A stretch of DNA of 64,000 bases from a virus (taxonomy: Duplodnaviria; Caudoviricetes). The translations under genes were made by a program, and so were the position numbers. The stretch covers positions 1,222 to 65,221 of the IMG/VR virus record IMGVR_UViG_3300035199_000798; one strand, written 5' to 3'. Under the pieces are notes generated by a model. The model was not told the origin of the DNA and did no database searches. It saw only the letters and a list, made by a program, of their open reading frames with translations. Of this stretch, positions 47,193-56,393 are shown one piece after another (positions within the stretch are counted from its first letter, which is position 1; every line of letters starts with the position of its first letter).

Positions 47193-49817
47193 ATGTCAAA
47201 TTACAAGAAACTTTTTGAGGGTTTCCAAAATTTTATAAAAGAAGAAGAGATTAACGAAGTCACCGAAGACGAATTGGTCGACATTGAACAGGTGCTGAAC
47301 AATCTTAAACCGAGCGACCTTCCCTTTGGCGACATCTTCGGTGACAAGATGCGCCTCATCCAACCGTTACCCACGCAAGACGAAAACCTAGACTATCTTA
47401 AAAACATTCTCGGTCGTTCGGGCTACGACCCTGACTTCTCCACTGGCCGCGCCACCTACTACACTATTACTTTTAGAGGGGCGGGAGATGACGGTGCTTC
47501 CACCACCGTCATTATCACACCCGAGCAGCGCGACGCGGTGTTTGCTCTTAAGCCGGGAGAGGCGGAAGAAGAATACCTCGAACGAGTAAACCGTTTTCAG
47601 AAGAGAGAAGTGAAAATAGGGAAGCTCCTCCAGAAGGGTTCGCGCCTGTACGATATTGCCAAGAAATCTCAAAATGAGGCGGAAAAGGTAGGTGTACCGC
47701 CGCCACACCCGCCCGAGGATGCGGATTTTCTTGACCCCACAACCCGGAAGCAGTCGTACGACTACACGAAATATAGAAGTGATCTAATGGACAAAGAAGA
47801 CAAAGCCAAGAAAGACCTGGGCAAGCTTCAAGATGTGTTTCAAGACTTCACTTCCAAGGCGAGCGGAGACGTTAATCCATTCCAAAAGCTTGCTAGCTGG
47901 TGGAACAAGAAGTCCACCTATTACCGAGAAAACCCCGAAGCAGCCGCAAGCGGTGAGAGCGTCGGCGAATACTCAATTATCTACACGCGCCATCCGATTG
48001 ACGTATTGCGAATGAGCGACTTCGATAATATCGAAAGCTGCCATTCTCCACGCTCTCGCGGAGGCGGCGGAACCTATTATAAATGCGCCGTCGCAGAAGC
48101 TCACGGCGAAGGAGCGGTCGCTTACGTGGTAAAGAACACCACCTTAGAAAGACTCAAAGAAGAGTGGGGCGCGGATTCCGTCCAAGACCTGCTGGACAAA
48201 TTTCAAAGCGGTGACGAGGAATTCTTCAAAGACAGCGAACGCGGCACCGGCGAAGTCACCCCGGTTTCGCGTATACGCCTCAAGCAATACCGCAACCCGA
48301 GCGCCGAGGTCAGCTTGGCTGTGCCGGAAGAGCGAATCTATGGCCGAAAGTGGCCGAGCTTTCGCAAGACCGTCACACAATGGGCAAAGGACACACAAGC
48401 TAAGGAAATCAAGAAGTTGGAGGCCACCAAGGATTCCGACAATCCCTACGAGAATGCTTTTGATGACGATGGCGCGCTGAACCTACGGAATTGGGAACGC
48501 TACGGAGGAACTTACCAAGACACCACCGACAGCACCTTGTTCCATAATTTTCTTGGCTACCAGACAGTCGGCAGCGCCCGGGTTGATTCCACTACCGAAG
48601 ACAGTATTGAACTTAATTCTAATGTAGCTGCGGAATGGGAAAGGCAAACGCAAGAAACGCAGGACCATTGGAACAATCGGTATCAAGCTATTGAGGTGCG
48701 CGGAGAGGTCGAAGATCACGACGAGGAGGCATACATTGCGGTATCGGCGCGGTTCATCGTCAAGATTGACGAAGACGAGTTTGTCCACAGCGCTTTTCAG
48801 GATAAGACGCGCCAGGCCATCGAGTCTATACCCGACGAACTCAGGAATTACGGTTATGACTGGTTAGAAGATTATATACGTTACACCGTCGATGGCGGCG
48901 CGGTCGTAATGGAGATCCCTATTGACATGGAAGATATGAACCCCGATGGTGGCGGTGGCGTCGCTTACGATCCCGACAACTTTCATCAAATTTGCGAAGC
49001 ACTAGACCAAAGAGACGATATGGCCGATGCCGTCACAGAGGTAGCCCGGGGTACGCTCAAACGTCAGGGCATTCTTGAAGGAGCCGCTCTGATAGAATTG
49101 GCGCGCTCTCTTGCAGACGAATCTTGGTATGAGTGGGATTACGAGGTGGACGATGATTGGGATCCAACCCAGGTTGAAGTTGAGACAAAGACCTATGTGA
49201 ATTTTAATGAACTGATCAAGCAAATCCCAGTGAAATTCTCTACCCAATTGAAAGTCCCCACCCAGGACTTTACGGCTGAACTACACGGTAGCCAGATTGC
49301 TATCATTGAGACGTGGGAAAGAGAGGACGGCGGCCGAGCCTATCGAGTTCGTTCCGAAGAGTTCGGAGATGAGACAGGAATGGAAGTCGCCAATAAAGCC
49401 GCAGCAAAGGAGTGGATCCAGTGGGAAGTTTCCAAGCTCATTTTGCGACCACCAGGAAATTGGCCCGGTCAAATCTCTCGCTCGCGCTACGAGTCTAGCC
49501 GAGATTTTAATCTTGCGATTAGAAACTTAATGCGCGAAGAGGTGGATGGAGTTCAGGGCGAGTTTGCCTATCCCAATTCGGAAACGTGGGTGGCTGGTCC
49601 CGACGCCGACGACGAATACAAGGTAGAATATAGCATGCGCCTTACAGATAGCGATCCCGACGAGGTAGTAGAGAACGCTCATAAGATTATAGTTGAGACC
49701 GACGACGAAGACATCCAGCGTAACATTTTCTTGAAAGCCTTTGCCCAGGTCTTGAAGATACCAGGAGCCAGCGTCAACGAGACGCGGAAATATTTTAACA
49801 AATTTAACATTTTTTAG
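47193..49817 (+). CDS. Large acidic late protein (head-internal candidate)
   Basis: 874 aa; KLFEGFQNFIKEEEINE N-terminus; CTAATTA upstream. Confidence 0.7.
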   Translation: MSNYKKLFEGFQNFIKEEEINEVTEDELVDIEQVLNNLKPSDLPFGDIFGDKMRLIQPLPTQDENLDYLKNILGRSGYDPDFSTGRATYYTITFRGAGDDGASTTVIITPEQRDAVFALKPGEAEEEYLERVNRFQKREVKIGKLLQKGSRLYDIAKKSQNEAEKVGVPPPHPPEDADFLDPTTRKQSYDYTKYRSDLMDKEDKAKKDLGKLQDVFQDFTSKASGDVNPFQKLASWWNKKSTYYRENPEAAASGESVGEYSIIYTRHPIDVLRMSDFDNIESCHSPRSRGGGGTYYKCAVAEAHGEGAVAYVVKNTTLERLKEEWGADSVQDLLDKFQSGDEEFFKDSERGTGEVTPVSRIRLKQYRNPSAEVSLAVPEERIYGRKWPSFRKTVTQWAKDTQAKEIKKLEATKDSDNPYENAFDDDGALNLRNWERYGGTYQDTTDSTLFHNFLGYQTVGSARVDSTTEDSIELNSNVAAEWERQTQETQDHWNNRYQAIEVRGEVEDHDEEAYIAVSARFIVKIDEDEFVHSAFQDKTRQAIESIPDELRNYGYDWLEDYIRYTVDGGAVVMEIPIDMEDMNPDGGGGVAYDPDNFHQICEALDQRDDMADAVTEVARGTLKRQGILEGAALIELARSLADESWYEWDYEVDDDWDPTQVEVETKTYVNFNELIKQIPVKFSTQLKVPTQDFTAELHGSQIAIIETWEREDGGRAYRVRSEEFGDETGMEVANKAAAKEWIQWEVSKLILRPPGNWPGQISRSRYESSRDFNLAIRNLMREEVDGVQGEFAYPNSETWVAGPDADDEYKVEYSMRLTDSDPDEVVENAHKIIVETDDEDIQRNIFLKAFAQVLKIPGASVNETRKYFNKFNIF

Positions 49818-49853
49818 TTGACAATTTAAACACATATATTGTATAATGGAGGC

Positions 49854-50048
49854 ATGAAAGTGAAAGTAGGCACTTTAGTAAAAGAGAAAGAAGGCCGCCG
49901 ATTTGGCGGCGTGATTGTAGAGGTGACGCCCAGCGACATCGCTCCGCTGGAAGCGTCCGACTTTGTACGAGTACAGTGGGCCGATGGCGTCAACACAGTT
50001 TACAAGAAGACTTTTTTAGAAGAGATCCCACTTTACCCGGATTATTAA
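49854..50048 (+). CDS. MKVGDLV-family microprotein
   Basis: MKVKVGTLV..GVIV..VRVQW.DG..LEEI; TTGACA/TATAAT promoter at 49818-49847. Confidence 0.65.
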   Translation: MKVKVGTLVKEKEGRRFGGVIVEVTPSDIAPLEASDFVRVQWADGVNTVYKKTFLEEIPLYPDY

Positions 50049-50069
50049 TTTTTAACCATAAGAGGCATT

Positions 50070-50303
50070 ATGGACGACAAAATTAGAGGGATCCTTAAGG
50101 ATCTCGTAGAATATCACAAGGCGATATGTGACACTCCTGACCGCCTTCCCATGACCTTGACCGACTTGACTCAAAGAGCACAAAAGTTGTTGGAAGCGGA
50201 TGCCAAACGGCGCAGTTTGCGTTCTGGTGATATCGATCCTTTTGCTATGGACGTCGTGGGGACAGCACATGGCCGTATTATTAAAAAAGAAACCGAGTGG
50301 TAA
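50070..50303 (+). CDS. Hypothetical protein
   Basis: GAGG RBS, 77 aa. Confidence 0.55.
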   Translation: MDDKIRGILKDLVEYHKAICDTPDRLPMTLTDLTQRAQKLLEADAKRRSLRSGDIDPFAMDVVGTAHGRIIKKETEW

Positions 50304-50304
50304 G

Positions 50305-50520
50305 ATGAAAAAATTATTGATTATTCTGGGCCTTGTAGCCCTTCTATCCCCGGGCTGCATTTTGGTGTCGGAGAGTGGAACCTATACCTACGTGGATGCG
50401 TGGGGGTGCGAGGTTGATGTCATCGAGAACTATTATACCGGAGAAGTGTGCGAAGAGACGTGGTGCTATGACGAAAATTATGAGGAGTGGTACCTTTACG
50501 ATGAATACTGCTATTATTAA
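50305..50520 (+). CDS. Cys-rich lipoprotein 1
   Basis: MKKLL..LSPGC lipobox; CEETWC..W..YCYY end. Confidence 0.65.
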   Translation: MKKLLIILGLVALLSPGCILVSESGTYTYVDAWGCEVDVIENYYTGEVCEETWCYDENYEEWYLYDEYCYY

Positions 50521-50794
50521 GCTGTTTCTCGCGGCCGCACTTCTGGCCGGATGTGGTTCGGGAGATATGAACGACTACACCCCTTATAGGCCAACTTTGG
50601 GGGGCGACTACTACCTTCAGTATGAAGCGTGTGGCCACGCACCTCCGCACCTTTTAGAGGATGCGTTGGTCTGCGAGTCCGCATGTTGTATCTGGGCTTT
50701 TGAGAGGCTCAACGTGAATTTAACCTGTGAGGAGACGTGGTGTTGCCATGCCGATGTGTGTGAGTGGTTTTTTCATTATGAAGAGTGTTATTAA
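50501..50794 (+). CDS. Cys-rich lipoprotein 2
   Basis: LLAGC lipobox; CC..CEETWC..CEW..ECY end. Confidence 0.7.
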   Translation: MNTAIIKLFLAAALLAGCGSGDMNDYTPYRPTLGGDYYLQYEACGHAPPHLLEDALVCESACCIWAFERLNVNLTCEETWCCHADVCEWFFHYEECY

Positions 50795-51020
50795 AATATT
50801 GTTGCTCCTGTTGCTAGGGGCGTGTAGTGTTGTGTGGCCTCCATCGGACGATTGTAATCCCAACGCCACCATTCCATATACTCAAGACGAAGTGGGCGAA
50901 CCTCATTGCAATAGTAAATGTTGCGAATTCGTCGTCTACGGGAGCGTGGAAACGTGTCATGAAATGTGGTGTTATGACGGAAAATGTTCTTGGGAGTTGT
51001 ACAATTCTTTCTGTTATTGA
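50778..51020 (+). CDS. Cys-rich lipoprotein 3
   Basis: LLGAC lipobox; CC..CHEMWC..CSW..FCY end. Confidence 0.7.
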   Translation: MKSVIKILLLLLLGACSVVWPPSDDCNPNATIPYTQDEVGEPHCNSKCCEFVVYGSVETCHEMWCYDGKCSWELYNSFCY

Positions 51021-51032
51021 GGCTCGGCCTTC

Positions 51033-51272
51033 ATGAGAGTAGGAGATTTGGTAAGGGTTGATTTTGGCAAAGACCGAACATACTTAGGGTTAATCGCGGG
51101 GCACGTGGCTCCCGTAGAGCCCTTGGCGCTCGACCGCGAGTGGCCCATCCAATACGACTTTGAGGTACTGGTGTTCACTACAGCGCATGGGAGGGGAATT
51201 GTTCCCGTCTGTAAAAACGAAATAGTGGAAATACTGAACGAAAGACAAGAAAAGGTAGAAGAAAACACGTGA
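51033..51272 (+). CDS. MKVGDLV-family microprotein
   Basis: MRVGDLV..LGLI..VEILNE. Confidence 0.65.
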   Translation: MRVGDLVRVDFGKDRTYLGLIAGHVAPVEPLALDREWPIQYDFEVLVFTTAHGRGIVPVCKNEIVEILNERQEKVEENT

Positions 51273-51313
51273 TTTTCCCCGTAGTTTTAGGATACGCTGA
51301 TATTTATTATAGC

Positions 51314-51520
51314 ATGTCAAATCGAATAAAAATCAAGTGCCGAGAATGCGGGAGCGTGTTTTTTCAGGATATGTTCCAAGAGCACGGTGCCGGAGCTATC
51401 TGTAGCTGCGAGGGGCTCACGATTAAGGCTCTCAAGGCTCCCGAGACACGATTTGGATATTGGCTAACCGTAGAATATGCCCAGCGGCCGCCATTGATCA
51501 CCGAAAAGACTTTTCATTAG
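51314..51520 (+). CDS. Small Zn-ribbon protein
   Basis: CREC...CSC. Confidence 0.55.
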   Translation: MSNRIKIKCRECGSVFFQDMFQEHGAGAICSCEGLTIKALKAPETRFGYWLTVEYAQRPPLITEKTFH

Positions 51521-51675
51521 CATAAAATCAAGAAAGGATAAATGGAGCAATATACAATAAAAGATATAGACTACACCCTTCAAAGACTCTCCTGAAGGGG
51601 GCCAAACTGGCCCAGTTAAAAGGAGTCTAGGTTCGCATTCTCCGAAGAAAAGAATGCTTGCTCCATCGTTTTAAC

Positions 51676-51858
51676 ATGCATACTATATTACGCGGCGACT
51701 TGGTGGAAATCCTGTCTAACCCGGGCTGCCCAACTCTCTTAGGGCTCGTCATGAACGTTCATGCGTTGTCCGGGAAAACATTCTTTGAGGTGCGCTATAC
51801 CGCAGAGGGGCATAGCGATACTCGGTGGATTAATGAAACATTTCTCAGAAAGGCTTGA
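51676..51858 (+). CDS. MKVGDLV-family-like microprotein
   Basis: RGDLVEI..LGLV..EVRY..WINETFL. Confidence 0.5.
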   Translation: MHTILRGDLVEILSNPGCPTLLGLVMNVHALSGKTFFEVRYTAEGHSDTRWINETFLRKA

Positions 51859-51915
51859 CTTATTTTCTGAAATTTGTTATACTGTATAGCGTAACTTGAA
51901 CACGACGGAGGGAAT

Positions 51916-52551
51916 GTGAAATCGACGGCGCGCATCCAAAAGTTAATTGCTCTCAATGAGGAGCATCATCTTCTTACTTCGTGGGAAGAAAGGTTCCTTT
52001 CCTCTCTTTTATCGCAGGCCCCGCATCGAGCGCTGTCTGTCAAGCAAAACGACCATCTTCAAAAATTAGAATCTAAGCTTTCGCCGAGCGCTCTCGACGC
52101 CATAAAGGTGTGGAAGAAGGACTGGTCGCCCGAAAAAGCGCGCACTCTGCGCCTTCTGGCGGAGTATTATCGTGGCACTGCTTATTTCACGACTCTCTCG
52201 CGTCAAGTTTTGTCGAACCCTGGCTATATTCCTCCAAAGGCTGCGTATGAAAAAATGTGTGAAAACAAGTATGCGAAGCGTGTAGTGGAGATCGCTGCCA
52301 TGGAACCGGCGTATCCCGAAGGTACAACCGTCATGCTGCGGGCCACCGCTAAAAAGACCCTCTCTTTCGCCAAATTTAATAAATTAAAAGATTGCCCTTT
52401 GTTTGTGCTAAGGGTGCTCCCTCACATCCATTCGTCTGCCAAGGGAGCGAAACTATATGAGGTTTTGTCGGGCGGTTCCTGCGACGTGTTTCGCATTGAA
52501 GAGCGCTTTTTGAAATCTTATCGGTATACGGCGGCGCGGAAGGCCGGATGA
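51916..52551 (+). CDS. Hypothetical protein
   Basis: TTGACT-17-TATACT promoter at 51855-51883; GGAGG RBS; WEERFLSSL..Q..LS.KQ. Confidence 0.7.
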   Translation: MKSTARIQKLIALNEEHHLLTSWEERFLSSLLSQAPHRALSVKQNDHLQKLESKLSPSALDAIKVWKKDWSPEKARTLRLLAEYYRGTAYFTTLSRQVLSNPGYIPPKAAYEKMCENKYAKRVVEIAAMEPAYPEGTTVMLRATAKKTLSFAKFNKLKDCPLFVLRVLPHIHSSAKGAKLYEVLSGGSCDVFRIEERFLKSYRYTAARKAG

Positions 52552-52593
52552 ACTGTTCTGGGAACTAGTTATTAATGGAAGAGGAGGAATTGT

Positions 52594-53877
52594 TTGAGTA
52601 GTAAAAAAGACAAGCGTTTTATGGTTTGCTCGTTTTGTGGGAAGGACCAGCACGATGTGAACAAGCTTATCGCGGGGTTCAATGTTACAATCTGTAATGA
52701 ATGCATCGGGCTATGTAATGATATTCTTGATGACGAAGAGCAAAAAGATCGCGCACTACGCTACCGAAACGAACCCCTCCCAGTTCCCAAAGACATCAAG
52801 CGAACGCTGGACGATTACGTAATCGGGCAGTCTGCCGCGAAGAAGATTTTGGCCGTTGCGGTGTACAACCACTACAAGCGTGTTACGAAACTAGCCAAGA
52901 ACCAAAAAAGCGAAACTACGCTCCAAAAAAGTAATATTCTTCTGACTGGGCCAACTGGTTGCGGTAAAACGCTGCTGGCTCAAACATTAGCCGAGGTACT
53001 CAATGTCCCATTTGCGGTCGTTGATGCCACCAACCTTACGGAGGCAGGCTATGTTGGGGAAGACGTGGAGAACATCTTAGCCCGGCTGCTTGAAGCCGCC
53101 GACTATGACATCAAAGCTGCCGAACGGGGCATTATTTATATTGACGAGATAGATAAAATCGCACGGAAGTCGGAAGGTACCAGCATTACTCGCGATGTTT
53201 CTGGGGAAGGCGTACAGCAGGCTCTTCTTAAGATTATTGAAGGAACGGTGGCAAATGTGCCGCCCAAGGGTGGCCGCAAGCATCCCAACGCGGAGTCTAT
53301 CCCCGTCGACACTACCAACATCTTGTTCATTTGCGGCGGCGCTTTTGTGGGACTCGACCAAATTATCTCTAATCGCAAGGGAGAAAAGGGACTGGGGTTT
53401 GGAGCGAAGCAGGAAAAGCGCGAAGACCTCAGTGTGAGCGAGTTGCTTCAGCACGTTCAGCCGAACGATTTGATGAAGTTCGGGCTCATTCCAGAGTTTG
53501 TTGGCCGCATCCCCGTGCTGGCATCTCTTCATGACCTAAGCAAAGAGATGCTCGTTCAGATCATTGGGGAGCCCAAGAACTCTTTGCTCGCCCAATACAA
53601 GGAGTTGATTCGATTAGATGGCGTGAAGCTCACCCTTACGGAGGGTGCCATTGAGGGGATCGCTGATAAAGCCTTAGACCTTGGCGCAGGAGCGCGAGGG
53701 CTGCGCGCAGTGATGGAGCAGGCATTGTTGGATATCATGTATGAGTTACCATCGGCTAGCAAGACACAAGAGGTGATTGTGACCCGCGAAACTATAATGA
53801 ATCACGCGCCTCCCCTCTGTGTCTTACGCCGCCCAGAGGTAGAACCAAACGACACCGACACGGCACAGGAGGCGTAA
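52594..53877 (+). CDS. clpX: ATP-dependent Clp protease ATPase ClpX
   Basis: CSFCGK zinc domain, [29 protein letters not shown] loop, GARGLR. Confidence 0.97.
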   Translation: MSSKKDKRFMVCSFCGKDQHDVNKLIAGFNVTICNECIGLCNDILDDEEQKDRALRYRNEPLPVPKDIKRTLDDYVIGQSAAKKILAVAVYNHYKRVTKLAKNQKSETTLQKSNILLTGPTGCGKTLLAQTLAEVLNVPFAVVDATNLTEAGYVGEDVENILARLLEAADYDIKAAERGIIYIDEIDKIARKSEGTSITRDVSGEGVQQALLKIIEGTVANVPPKGGRKHPNAESIPVDTTNILFICGGAFVGLDQIISNRKGEKGLGFGAKQEKREDLSVSELLQHVQPNDLMKFGLIPEFVGRIPVLASLHDLSKEMLVQIIGEPKNSLLAQYKELIRLDGVKLTLTEGAIEGIADKALDLGAGARGLRAVMEQALLDIMYELPSASKTQEVIVTRETIMNHAPPLCVLRRPEVEPNDTDTAQEA

Positions 53878-53880
53878 ACG

Positions 53881-54462
53881 ATGCCCTATTATCCCCCCAC
53901 CATTATTGAACAAACCGCCAAAGGCGAGAGAGCCTATGATATTTATTCACGCCTCCTGGTAGACCGAATCATCTTTTTAGGCACCCCCATCGATGACACA
54001 GTAGCCAACTCTGTCATCGCCCAGTTATTGTTTCTTGACCAAGATTCTGATAAAGACATTCTTCTTTATATTAACTCTCCTGGTGGGAGCGTCACTGCGG
54101 GCCTAGGCATACTCGATACAATGAACTACGTCAAAGCCGACGTTGCCACCATTTGCATTGGCCAAGCCGCATCAATGGGCGCTCTACTTTTGTGTTCGGG
54201 AGCCAAAGGCAAACGCAGCATCCTGCCCAATTCCCGCGTCCTCATTCACCAGCCCCTCGGCGGGACACGCGGACAAGCCAGCGATATTGAGATTCATGCG
54301 AACGAGATTATTCGCTTGAAGAAGCGTCTCAATGGGATCATGGCCGACGCGACTGGAAAGGACATCGAACAAATCAAGCTCGACACCGACCGCGACAATA
54401 TCATGGATGCGGACGAAGCCGTAGCCTATGGGCTTGTTGACGAAATAATTCAAAACAATTAA
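53881..54462 (+). CDS. clpP: Clp protease proteolytic subunit ClpP
   Basis: [30 protein letters not shown]. Confidence 0.97.
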   Translation: MPYYPPTIIEQTAKGERAYDIYSRLLVDRIIFLGTPIDDTVANSVIAQLLFLDQDSDKDILLYINSPGGSVTAGLGILDTMNYVKADVATICIGQAASMGALLLCSGAKGKRSILPNSRVLIHQPLGGTRGQASDIEIHANEIIRLKKRLNGIMADATGKDIEQIKLDTDRDNIMDADEAVAYGLVDEIIQNN

Positions 54463-54528
54463 TTTTCTTCTTGACTTCAAGGCCCTCACATGGTAAGATA
54501 GGGGTGGACTTAAGACAAAGGAGAATAA

Positions 54529-55203
54529 ATGTCTTGGAATGGAACTGTCAGGTGTTCACATTGCTACAAAAAAGGGCACAATCGACGTGGTTGTCCAACT
54601 CTCAAAAAATATATCGAAGAGCATCCCGACAGTTATACTGCGCGGACTTTCAAGGAGCGCGCCAAGTACGCAAGCGTACGCAAGTGTCGCTATTGCGAGG
54701 AAGAGGGGCACAACCGCCGCACGTGCCGGGACTTGAAAAACGATAAAGAATACTATCGCGCCTTATGCGTCGATATGCGCCGGGAAGTGCTGGAGTGGCT
54801 ACAAAAAAATGGCGTCGGCGTCGGCGCTCTCGTCGCATATGCCCGCTACGGTGATACTCCAGAACACATCGGCCTTGTAAAGGGCGCGCAACTGTCGTGG
54901 ATCGCGCCGCACCGGGCCGACCACACTCTCTCTATCGATAATCCAACAGCGCTTCATCCTTTTTTGAGTAAATGTCAGGTCATTGCTGTTGCTAACGCGA
55001 AGCATCCTAACGATCCCCGTTACGTCGCAGCGCTGGAAGTGCTCAGTCCGGTAAAATTCAACCCTGTACCGTTTGTCCTTTCCGAAGGGTGGGCCGAGGG
55101 CCGCGACATAGCAACGGTTGAGGCACGGGACAAACACTTCAACGAATATGACCGATACAGCGTACGACGCTACACTCTCCGAATGCCCACCGACGATTGT
55201 TAA
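54529..55203 (+). CDS. Protein with two CCHC zinc knuckles
   Basis: CSHCYKKGHNRRGC and CRYCEEEGHNRRTC; promoter at 54471-54499. Confidence 0.75.
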   Translation: MSWNGTVRCSHCYKKGHNRRGCPTLKKYIEEHPDSYTARTFKERAKYASVRKCRYCEEEGHNRRTCRDLKNDKEYYRALCVDMRREVLEWLQKNGVGVGALVAYARYGDTPEHIGLVKGAQLSWIAPHRADHTLSIDNPTALHPFLSKCQVIAVANAKHPNDPRYVAALEVLSPVKFNPVPFVLSEGWAEGRDIATVEARDKHFNEYDRYSVRRYTLRMPTDDC

Positions 55204-55283
55204 AAAAATAAAAATAGTTGTTGACTTTCTTATAAATCTATGAGATAATACATACATCAACAAGGAAAACAAAGGATACCTAC

Positions 55284-56336
55284 ATGGCAATCGATTTCAA
55301 ATCTTTCCGCGAATGCGCCCCTTACGTTCTCAAGTCAGCAAAACCTATTTTGCTTCGCGGTCGCCATGGTATTGGCAAGTCTGAAGTGGTGTATCAAATC
55401 GCTCAAGACTTGGAGCTTCCTGTAGTAGAGCGCCGCGCCTCTCAGATGACTGAAGGCGATTTGCTGGGGATGCCTTCTCCTGAAATGATTGAAGTCAATG
55501 GCGAGCAAGCGTCCGTGTTCCGTCCCTTCGCGTGGTTCATTCGCGCCTGTACGGAGCCATGCGTTTTGTTCTTCGATGAGGTTGATCGTGCGGTGTTGGA
55601 AGTGCGCCAAGGCTTGTTTGAGTTGACGGACAGCCGCAAACTGGCCGGGTGGACGCTTCATCCTGGCACACGTGTTATCTCTGCTGTGAACGGTGGGGAA
55701 CATGGCGACCAATATCAAGTGAACGAAATGGACCCGGCAGAGTTGGACCGTTACACCGTGTTTGATGTACAGCCTACCGTAGAGGATTGGCTGACATGGG
55801 CCAAAGACAACGTTGATACTCTGATTTGGGACTTCATTAACCAGAATCGCACTCACTTGGAGCACGCAGAGGACTTTGAGCCTAACAAGGTATACCCCTC
55901 GCGCCGCTCTTGGAAGCGCTTCAACGATTGCGTGGTTGACGCTGGTTTGCTCACCGAAGAGCCTACCCCTGTTTTGTTTAATCTGGGCTGCGGCTTTGTG
56001 GGGTTTGAAGCTGCCGTTGCCTTCAACGATTTTGTTCAAACTTACGACCGCCAGGTCACGGTAGAGGACATCGTTGATAAGGGTGCTGTTGAAAAGACTG
56101 AAAAGTTCGACATCAACGAGCACGCGGCACTCGTCGAGAAGATGGATGCATCGGACTTGTTCAAGGATGACTTGACCGAGGAGCAGGCGGATAACGTTGG
56201 TGCTTACTTTGTAACGTTGCCATCGGAAATCGCCATGAAACTGTGGGAGTCTGTCGCTCGCTCGGAGAACCAAACTAATATCATTGCTCTCCATAAGCGT
56301 ACGCACGAGTACTTGGTGACGATTCTGACTGGCTAA
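55284..56336 (+). CDS. MoxR-type AAA+ ATPase
   Basis: GRHGIGKS, LFFDEVDR, MDPAELDR, PSRRSW. Confidence 0.88.
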   Translation: MAIDFKSFRECAPYVLKSAKPILLRGRHGIGKSEVVYQIAQDLELPVVERRASQMTEGDLLGMPSPEMIEVNGEQASVFRPFAWFIRACTEPCVLFFDEVDRAVLEVRQGLFELTDSRKLAGWTLHPGTRVISAVNGGEHGDQYQVNEMDPAELDRYTVFDVQPTVEDWLTWAKDNVDTLIWDFINQNRTHLEHAEDFEPNKVYPSRRSWKRFNDCVVDAGLLTEEPTPVLFNLGCGFVGFEAAVAFNDFVQTYDRQVTVEDIVDKGAVEKTEKFDINEHAALVEKMDASDLFKDDLTEEQADNVGAYFVTLPSEIAMKLWESVARSENQTNIIALHKRTHEYLVTILTG

Positions 56337-56393
56337 GAAATATTTTTCATAATTGTTGTTGACTTTCCCCTTCAGATGAGGTATAATACACGT

